Origin: Eledone cirrhosa
Taxonomy: Eukaryota
DNA length: 64,000 bases
NCBI GenBank assembly: GCA_964016885.1
Contig: OZ024744.1
Location: 11,532,001 to 11,596,000 of the forward strand
Reading direction: 5' to 3'
The translations under genes and the position numbers were made by a program. This document shows positions 54,801-64,000 of the stretch, in pieces. Within the stretch, counting starts at the first letter, position 1. Every line of letters begins with the position of its first letter. The notes below the pieces were generated by a model. That model saw only the letters and a program-made list of their open reading frames with translations, did not search any database and was not told the origin of the DNA.

Positions 54801-56913
54801 AATATTTCGTGTTGTTGTACTCCAATACGTCGTGTTGTTGTACTCCAATATGTTTTGATGTTGTACTCAAATATGTTGTGTTGTTGTACTCCAATATGTT
54901 TTGATGTTGTACTCCAATATGTTGTGTTGTTGTACTCCAATATGTTGTGTAGTCTTACTCCAATATGTTGTGTTGTTGTACTCCAATATGCTGTGATGTT
55001 GTACTCCAATATGATGTGATGTTGTACTCCAATGCGTTGTGTTGTTGTACTCCAATGTGATGTGTTGTTGTACTCCAATATGTTGTGCCATTGTACTCCA
55101 ATATTTTTTATATTTGTACTCCAATATGTTGTGTTGTTATACTCCAATATGTTGTGCTGTTGTACTCCAAATCTCGTGTTGTTATACTCCAATGTGTTGT
55201 GTTGTTATACTCCAATATGGTGTGTTGTTGTAGTCCAATATGTTGTATTGTTTTTTTCCAATATGTCATGTTATACTCCAATATGTTGTGTTCGTGTACT
55301 CCAATATGTTGTGTTATTGTACTCCAATATGTTGCGTTGTTGTACTCCAATATGTTGTGTTGTTATACTCCAATATGTTGTGTTGTTGTACTGCAATATG
55401 TTGTCTTGTTGTACTCCAAAAGGCCATGTTATCGTACTCCAATATGTCTTGTTATACTCCAATATGTCGTGTGGCTGTACTCCAATATGTCATGTTGTTG
55501 TACTCCAATATGTCTTGTTATAGTCCAATATGTCGTGTTGTTGTACTCCAATATGTCATGTAGTTGTATTCCAATATTTCGTGTTGTTGTACCCCAATAT
55601 GTCGTGTTGTTTATACTCCAATATGTTTTGCTGTTGTACTCCAATATGTTGTGTTGCTGTATTCCAATATGTTGTGTTGTTATTCTCCAATATGTTGTGC
55701 TGTTGTACTCCAATGTGTTATGTTGTTATACTCCAATATGTTGTGCTGTGCTACTCCAATATATTGTGTTGTTGTACTCCAATGTGTTGTGTTGTTATAC
55801 TCCAATATGTTGTGTTGATTTACTCCAATATGTTGTGTTGTTGTACTCCAATCTGTTGTGTTGTTATACTCCAATATGTTGTGTTGTTATACTCCAATAT
55901 GTTGTATTGTTTTACTCCAATATGTTGTGTTGTTGTACTCCAATATGTTGTGTTGTTGTACTCCAATATGTTGTGTTGTTGTAATCCAATATCTTGTGTT
56001 GTTATACTCCAATATGTTGTGTTGTTGTACTCCAATATGTTGTGTTGTTATACTCCAATATGTTGTGTTGTGATACTCCAATATGTTGTGCTGTTGTACT
56101 CCAATATGTTGTGTTGTTATACTCCAATATGTTGTGTTGTTTTACTCCAATATGTTGTGTTGTTGTACTCCAATATGTTGTATTGTTGTTCTCCAATATG
56201 TCATGTTATACTCCAATAAGTTGTGTTCTTGTACTCCAATATGTTGTGTTGTTGTACTCCAATATATCATGTTGTCGTACTCCAATATGTCATGTTATAC
56301 TCCAATATGTCGTTGTTATACTCCAATATGTCATGTTGTTGTACTCCAATATGTCGTATTGTTATACTCCAATATGTTTTGATGTTGTACTCCAATATGT
56401 TGTGTAGTCGTACTCCAATATGTTGTATTGTTATACTCCATTATGTTGTGCTGTTGTACTCCAATATGTTCTGTTGTTGTACTCCAATATATTGTGTTGT
56501 TGTACTCCAATATGTCGTGTTGTTGTACTCCAATATGTCGTGTTGTTGTACTCCAATATGTTGTGTTGTTGTACTCCAATATGTTGTGTTGTTGTACTCC
56601 AATATGTTGTATTGTTATACTCCAATATGTTATGTTGTTGTACTCCAATATGTCATGTTGTTGTACTCCAATATGTTTTGATGTTGTACTCCAATATGTT
56701 GTGTTGTTGTACTCCAATATGTTTTGATGTTGTACTCCAATATGTTGTGTTGTTGTACTCCAATATGCTGTGTAGTCGTACTCCAATATGTTGTGTTGTT
56801 GTACTCCAATATGCTGTGATGTTGTACTCCAATATGATGTGCTGTTGTACTCCAATGCGTTGTGTTGTTGTACTCCAATATGCTGTGTTGTTATACTCCA
56901 ATATGTTGTGTTG
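51872..56913 (+). repeat. Tandem duplication, 2 x 2,506 bp, nested in the second 10,213-bp unit
   Basis: CCAAAAGGCC at 52910 and 55416; ORF pairs 52168/54674, 52579/55085 and 53717/56223 are offset by 2,506. Confidence 0.94.
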
Positions 56914-58039
56914 TTGTACTCCAATATGTTGTGTTGTTGTACTCCAATATGTTGTGTTGTTGTAATCCAATATCTTGTGTTGTTATACTCCAATATGTTG
57001 TGCTGTTGTACTCCAATATGTTGAGTTGTTATACTCCAATATGTAGTGTTGTTATACTCCAATATGTTGTGTTGTTGTACTCCAATCTGTTGCGTTATAC
57101 TCCAATATGTTGTGTTGTTATACTCCAATATGTTGTGTTGTTATACTCCAATATGTTGTGTTGTTTTACTCCAATATGTTGTATTGTTGATCTCCAATAT
57201 GTCATATTATACTCCAATAAGTTGTGTTCTTGTACTCCAATATGTGTTGTTGTTGTACTCCAATATGTTGCGTTGTTGTACTCCAATATATCATGTTGTC
57301 GTACTCCAATATGTCATGTTATACTCCAATATGTTTTGATGCTGTACTCCAATATGTTGTGTTGTTGTACTACAATATGTTGTGTTGTTGTACTCCAATA
57401 TGTTGTGTTGTTATACTCCAATATGGTGTGCTGTTGTACTCCAATATGTTGTGTTGTTATACTCCAATATGTAGTGTTGTTATACTCCAATATGTTGTGT
57501 TGTTGTACTCCAATCTGTTGTGTTGTTATACTCCAATATATTGTGTTGTTATACTCCAATATGTTGTGTTGTTTTACTCCAATATGTTGTGTTGTTGTAC
57601 TCCAATATGTTGTGTTCTTGTACTCCAATATGTCGTGTTGTCGTACTCCAATATGTTGTGTTGTTGTACTCCAATATGTTGTGCTGTTGTACTCCAATAT
57701 GTTGTGTTGTTGTACTCCAATATGTTGTGTTGTTATACTCCAATATGTTGTGCTGTTGTACTCCAATATTTCGTGTTGTTGTACTCCAATACGTCGTGTT
57801 GTACTCCAATATGTTGTGTTGTTATACTCCAATATGTTATGTTGTTGTACTCCAATGTGTCTTGTTGTTGTACTCCAATATGTTTTGATGTTGTACTCCA
57901 ATATGTTTTGTTGTTATTCTCCAATATGTTGTGATGTTGTACTATAATGTGTTGTGTTGTTGTACTCCAATGTGATGTGTTGTTGTACTCCAATATGTTG
58001 TGCTGTTGTACTCCAATATTTTTTGTTTTTTGTACTCCA

Positions 58040-59695
58040 ATATGTTGTGTTGTTATACACCAATATGTTGTGTTGTTATACTCCAATATGGTGTGTTGTT
58101 GTACTCCAATATGTTGTATTGTTTTCTCCAATATGTCATGTTATACTCCAATATGGTGTGTTCGTGTACTCCAATATGTTGTGTTATTGTACTCCAATAT
58201 GTTGCGTTGTTGTACTCCAATATGTTGTGTTGTTATACTCCAATATGTCGTGTGGCTGTACTCCAATATGTCATGTTGTTGTACTCCAATATGTCTTGTT
58301 ATAGTCCAATATGTCGTGTTGTTGTACTCCAATATATCATGTAGTTGTACTCCAATATTTCGTGTTGTTGTACCCCAATATGTAGTGTTGTTTATACTCC
58401 AATATGTTTTGCTGTTGTACTCCAATATGTTGTGTTGCTGTACTCCTATATGTTGTGTTGTTATTCTCCAATATGTTGTGCTGTTGTACTCCAATGTGTT
58501 GTGTTGTTATACTCCAATGTGTTGTGTTGTTATACTCCAATATGTTGTGTTGTTGTAGTCCAATATGTTGTGTTGTTATACTCCAATATTTCGTGTGGTT
58601 GTACTCCAATATGTCATGGTGTTGTACTTCAATATGTCGTGTTGTTGTACTCCAATATGTTGTCTTGTTGTACTCCAATCTGTTGTATTGTTGTACTTCA
58701 ATATGTTCTGTTCATATACTCCAATATATTGTGTTGTTGTACTCCAATATGTTGTGTTGTTGTACTCCAATATGCTGTGTTGTTGTACTCCAATATGTTG
58801 TGCTTTTGTACTCCAATATGTTTTGCTGTTGTACTCCACTGTGTTGTGTTGTTGAACTCCAATATGTTGTGTTGTTGTTCTCCAATATTTTGTGCTGTTG
58901 TACTCCAATATGTTGTGTTGTTGTACTCCAATATGTTTTGATGTTGTACTCCAATATGTTGTGTTGTTGTACTCCAATATGTTGTGTAGTCGTATTCCAA
59001 TATGTTGTGTTGTTATACACCAATGTGGTGTGCTGTTGTAATCCAATATGTTATGTTGTACTCCAATATGTTGTGTTGTTATACTCCAATATGTAGTGTT
59101 GTTATACTCCAATATGTTGTGTTGTTGTACTCCAATCTGTTGTGTTATACTCCAATATGTTGTGTTGTTATACTCCAATATGTTGTGTTGTTATACTCCA
59201 ATATGGTGTGTTGTTGTACTCCAATATGTTGTATTGTTTTCTCCAATATGTCATGTTATACTCCAATATGGTGTGTTCGTGTACTCCAATATGTTGTGTT
59301 ATTGTACTCCAATATGTTGCGTTGTTGTACTCCAATATGTTGTGTTGTTATACTCCAATATGTCGTGTGGCTGTACTCCAATATGTCATGTTGTTGTACT
59401 CCAATATGTCTTGTTATAGTCCAATATGTCGTGTTGTTGTACTCCAATATATCATGTAGTTGTACTCCAATATTTCGTGTTGTTGTACCCCAATATGTAG
59501 TGTTGTTTATACTCCAATATGTTTTGCTGTTGTACTCCAATATGTTGTGTTGCTGTACTCCTATATGTTGTGTTGTTATTCTCCAATATGTTGTGCTGTT
59601 GTACTCCAATGTGTTGTGTTGTTATACTCCAATGTGTTGTGTTGTTATACTCCAATATGTTGTGTTGTTGTAGTCCAATATGTTGTGTTGTCGTA
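58040..59695 (+). repeat. About 540-bp block repeated at offset 1,115
   Basis: ORF pairs 58141/59256 (identical translation), 58345/59460 and 58404/59519. Confidence 0.82.
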
Positions 59696-61491
59696 CTCCA
59701 ATATGATGTGTTGTTATACTCCAATATTTCGTGTGGTTGTACTCCAATATGTCATGGTGTTGTACTTCAATATGTCGTGTTGTTGTACTCCAATATGTTG
59801 TCTTGTTGTACTCCAATCTGTTGTATTGTTGTACTTCAATATGTTCTGTTGTTGTACTCCAATATATTGTGTTGTTGTACTCCAATATGTTGTGTTGTTG
59901 TACTCCAATATGCTGTGTTGTTGTACTCCAATATGTTGTGTTGTTGTACTCCAATATGTTGTGTTGTTGTACTCCAATATCTTGTGTTCTTATACTCCAA
60001 TATGTTGTGTTGTTATACTCCAATATGTTGTGTTGTTGTACTCCAATATGTTGTGCTGTTGTACTCCAATATGATGTGCTGTTGTACTCCAATATGTTGT
60101 GTTGTTGTACTCCAATGCGTTGTGTTGTTGTACTCCAATATGTTGTGCCGTTGTACTCCAATATTTTTTTTGTTTTTGTACTCCAAAATGTTGTGTTGTT
60201 ATACTCCAATATGTTGTGTTGGTGTACTCCAATATGGTGTGCTGTTGTACTCCAAATCTCGTGTTGTTATACTCCAATGTGTTGTGTTGTTATACTCCAA
60301 TATGGTGTGTTGTTGAACTCCAATATGTTGTATTGTTTTTCTCCAATATGTCATGTTATACTCCAATATGTCATGTTGCTGTACTCCAATATGTCATGCT
60401 GTTGTACTCCAATATGTTTTGCTGTTGTACTCCACCGTGTTGTGTTGTTGAACTCCAATACGTTGTGTTGTTGTTCTCCAATATTTTGTGCTGTTGTACT
60501 CAAATTTGTGTTGTTGTACTCCAATATGTTGTGTTGTTGTACTCCAATATGTTGTGTTGTTGTACTCCAATATGTTGTGTTGTTATACTCCAATATGTTG
60601 TGCTGTTGTACCCCAATATTTCGTGTTGTTGTACTCCAATACGTCGTGTTGTTGTACTCCAATATGTTTTGATGTTGTACTCAAATATGTTGTGTTGTTG
60701 TACTCCAATATGTTTTGATGTTGTACTACAATATGTTGTGTTGTTGTACTCCAATATGTTGTGTAGTCTTACTCCAATATGTTGTGTTGTTGTACTCCAA
60801 TATTCTGTGATGTTGTACTCCAATATGATGTGATGTTGTACTCCAATGCGTTGTGTTGTTGTACTCCAATGTGATGTGTTGTTGTACTCCAATATGTTGT
60901 GCTGTTGTACTCCAAATCTCGTGTTGTTATACTCCAATGTGTTGTGTTGTTATACTCCAATATGGTGTGTTGTTGTAGTCCAATATGTTGTATTGTTTTT
61001 TTCCAATATGTCATGTTATACTCCAATATGTTGTGTTATTGTACTCCAATATGTTGCGTTGTTGTACTCCAATATGTTGTGTTGTTATACTCCAATATGT
61101 TGTGTTGTTGTACTCCAATATGTTGTCTTGTTGTACTCCAAAAGGCCATGTTATCGTACTCCAATATGTGTTGTTATACTCCAATATGTCGTGTGGCTGT
61201 ACTCCAATATTTCATGTTGTTGTACTCCAATATGTCTTGTTATAGTCCAATATGTCGTGTTGTTGTACTCCAATATGTCATGTAGTTGTATTCCAATATT
61301 TCATGTTGTTGTACCCCAATATGTCGTGTTGTTTATACTCCAATATGTTTTGCTGTTGTACTCCAATATGTTGTGTTGCTGTATTCCAATATGTTGTGTT
61401 GTTATTCTCCAATATGTTGTGCTGTTGTACTCCAATGTGTTATGTTGTTATACTCCAATATGTTGTGCTGTGCTACTCCAATATATTGTGT

Positions 61492-64000
61492 TGTTGTACT
61501 CCAATGTGTTGTGTTGTTATACTCCAATATGTTGTGTTGATTTACTCCAATATGTTGTGTTGTTGTACTCCAATCTGTTGTGTTGTTATACTCCAATATG
61601 TTGTGTTGTTATACTCCAATATGTTGTGTTGTTTTACTCCAATATGTTGTGTTGTTGTACTCCAATATGTTGTGTTGTTGTACTCCAATATGTTGTGTTG
61701 TTGTAATCCAATATCTTGTGTTGTTATACTCCAATATGTTGTGTTGTTGTACTCCAATATGTTGTGTTGTTATACTCCAATATGTTGTGTTGTGATACTC
61801 CAATATGTTGTGCTGTTGTACTCCAATATGTTGTGTTGTTATACTCCAATATGTTGTGTTGTTTTACTCCAATATGTTGTGTTGTTGTACTCCAATAAGT
61901 TGTATTGTTGTTCTCCAATATGTCATGTTATACTCCAATAAGTTGTGTTCTTGTACTCCAATATGTTGTGTTGTTGTACTCCAATATATCATGTTGTCGT
62001 ACTCCAATATGTCATGTTATACTCCAATATGTCGTTGTTATACTCCAATATGTCATGTTGTTGTACTCCAATATGTCGTATTGTTATACTCCAATATGTT
62101 TTGATGTTGTACTCCAATATGTTGTGTTGTTGTACTCCAATATGTTGTGTAGTCGTACTCCAATATGTTGTATTGTTATACTCCAATATGTTGTGCTGTT
62201 GTACTCCAATATGTTCTGTTGTTGTACTCCAATATATTGTGTTGTTGTACTCCAATATGTCGTGTTGTTGTACTCCAATATGTCGTGTTGTTGTACTCCA
62301 ATATGTTGTGTTGTTGTACTCCAATATGTTGTGTTGTTGTACTCCAATATGTTGTGTTGTTATACTCCAATATGTTATGTTGTTGTACTCCAATATGTCA
62401 TGTTGTTGTACTCCAATATGTTTTGATGTTGTACTCCAATATGTTGTGTTGTTGTACTCCAATGTGTTGTGTTGTTGTACTCCAATATGTTGTGCCGTTG
62501 TACTCCAATATTTTTTTGTTTTTGTACTCCAAAATGTTGTGTTGTTATACTCCAATATGTTGTGTTGGTGTACTCCAATATGGTGTGCTGTTGTACTCCA
62601 AATCTCGTGTTGTTATACTCCAATATGTTGTGTTGTTATACTCCAATATGGTGTGTTGTTGAACTCCAATATGTTGTATTGTTTTTCTCCAATATGTCAT
62701 GTTATACTCCAATATGTTGTGTTGTTGTACTCCAATATGTCATGTTATTGTACTCCAGTATGTCTTGTTATACTCCAATATGTCGTGTTGCTGTACTCCA
62801 ATATGTCATGCTGTTGTACTCCAATATTTCGTGTCGTTGTACTCCAATATGTTGTGCTTTTGTTCTCCAATATGTTTTGCTGTTGTACTCCACTGTGTTG
62901 TGTTGTTGAACTCCAATATGTTGTGTTGTTGTTCTCCAATATTTTGTGCTGTTGTACTCCAATGTGTTGTGTTGTTATACTCCAATATGTTGTGTTGATT
63001 TACTCCAATATGTTGTGTTGTTGTACTCCAATCTGTTGTGTTGTTATACTCCAATATGTTGTGTTGTTATACTCCAATATGTTGTGTTGTTTTACTCCAA
63101 TATGTTGTGTTGTTGTACTCCAATATGTTGTGTTGTTGTACTCCAATATGTTGTGTTGTTGTAATCCAATATCTTGTGTTGTTATACTCCAATATTTTGT
63201 GTTGTTGTACTCCAATATGTTGTGTTGTTATACTCCAATATGTTGTGTTGTGATACTCCAATATGTTGTGCTGTTGTACTCCAATATGTTGTGTTGTTAT
63301 ACTCCAATATGTTGTGTTGTTTTACTCCAATATGTTGTGTTGTTGTACTCCAATATGTTGTATTGTTGTTCTCCAATATGTCATGTTATACTCCAATAAG
63401 TTGTGTTCTTGTACTCCAATATGTTGTGTTGTTGTACTCCAATATATCATGTTGTCGTACTCCAATATGTCATGTTATACTCCAATATGTCGTTGTTATA
63501 CTCCAATATGTCATGTTGTTGTACTCCAATATGTCGTATTGTTATACTCCAATATGTTTTGATGTTGTACTCCAATATGTTGTGTTGTTGTACTCCAATA
63601 TGTTGTGTAGTCGTACTCCAATATGTTGTATTGTTATACTCCAATATGTTGTGCTGTTGTACTCCAATATGTTCTGTTGTTGTACTCCAATATATTGTGT
63701 TGTTGTACTCCAATATGTCGTGTTGTTGTACTCCAATATGTCGTGTTGTTGTACTCCAATATGTTGTGTTGTTGTACTCCAATATGTTGTGTTGTTGTAC
63801 TCCAATATGTTGTGTTGTTATACTCCAATATGTTATGTTGTTGTACTCCAATATGTCATGTTGTTGTACTCCAATATGTTTTGATGTTGTACTCCAATAT
63901 GTTGTGTTGTTGTACTCCAATGTGTTGTGTTGTTGTACTCCAATATGTTGTGCCGTTGTACTCCAATATTTTTTTGTTTTTGTACTCCAAAATGTTGTGT
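61492..64000 (+). repeat. Tandem duplication with period 1,458 bp; second copy truncated by the window end
   Basis: GATT marker at 61539/62997; ORF pairs 61542/63000, 61609/63067, 61805/63263 and 62084/63542. Confidence 0.9.

Larger units (their letters stand above)
36492..56938 (+). repeat. Higher-order tandem duplication, 2 x 10,213 bp, nearly identical
   Basis: Constant offset of 10,213 between markers (CTATATCGC 37546/47759; TCGA 37954/48167; CCAAAAGGCC 42697/52910 and 45203/55416) and between ORF pairs (36594/46807, 38122/48335, 41038/51251, 46010/56223). The junction is at about 46705-46725. Confidence 0.95.
1..64000 (+). repeat. 23-bp tandem satellite array, consensus GTACTCCAATATGTTGTGTTGTT, about 2,800 monomers, head-to-tail, running off both window ends
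   Basis: The motif TACTCCAATAT recurs every 23 bp throughout (e.g. six perfect monomers starting at 4795, 4818, 4841, 4864, 4887, 4910). Variants carry a few substitutions or small indels (18-24 bp monomers). No non-repeat sequence and no reverse-orientation monomer was seen. Confidence 0.99.

Noticed and set aside
10-63920. Hundreds of ORFs, including 567-617 aa Cys-rich ORFs (24487-26190, 26257-28086, 33557-35410) that resemble metallothionein or keratin-associated proteins
   Set aside because: They overlap in all six frames and give the same 23-aa unit in every frame of a strand. They end at random stop-creating variants and have no unique domain. They are a consequence of a stop-free 23-bp repeat.
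1-64000. CRISPR array (conserved core alternating with variable segments)
   Set aside because: The period is 23 bp in total, and the variable part is about 12 bp and a near-copy of one consensus rather than unique 25-45 bp spacers. There is no leader and no cas gene.
1-64000. Diversity-generating retroelement, shufflon or antigenic-variation cassette array
   Set aside because: There is no reverse transcriptase, recombinase, inverted sites or expression locus. Variation is not adenine-specific and is inherited in blocks, as expected from duplication.
1-64000. Fungal RIP signature (frequent TpG to TpA, e.g. TTGTAC to TTATAC)
   Set aside because: RIP should also convert the CpA of CCAAT to CTAAT on the + strand, but that variant is very rare (e.g. 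about 8131, 13726). The G-to-A change is concentrated at one monomer position.
1-64000. CCAAT boxes and TATA-like TTATAC/AATAT motifs as promoters
   Set aside because: They are simply part of each monomer, the flanks are a poor NF-Y fit, and there is no downstream gene.
1-64000. Helical or nucleosome phasing of the monomer
   Set aside because: 23 bp is about 2.2 helical turns, so motifs are not in phase. I saw no consistent 7- or 8-monomer (161/184 bp) sub-period among the variants.
1-64000. Plasmid iterons, archaeal Borg-type or viral tandem repeats
   Set aside because: Those arrays are short (tens to hundreds of bp, at most a few kb) and sit among genes. This array is at least 64 kb with no genes.

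Overview
The whole 64 kb window is one uninterrupted, single-orientation tandem array (satellite/minisatellite DNA) of a 23-bp monomer. The consensus is GTACTCCAATATGTTGTGTTGTT (35% GC; 11 of 23 bases are T on the + strand), giving roughly 2,800 copies (64,000/23). I saw no unique sequence, gene, RNA gene, transposon or inversion. Every ORF in the track is a by-product of the repeat: the consensus has no stop codon on either strand and 23 is not a multiple of 3, so all frames read the same 23-aa unit. The real information is in the variant monomers, which act as barcodes for a nested higher-order structure. They show short duplications (66, 138, 313 bp), kb-scale blocks (offsets 1115, 1458, 2088, 2506, about 3310-3586, 4000, 5123, 5594) and about 10 kb blocks (9594, 10213). 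These include a nearly perfect 2 x 10,213 bp tandem duplication that contains an older 2 x 2,506 bp duplication. This architecture is typical of eukaryotic heterochromatic, centromeric or subtelomeric satellite, but the host, location and function cannot be determined from this window. I found no support for a new protein-coding system. Offsets were read by eye from marker motifs and the ORF track, so block ends are approximate to about one monomer.
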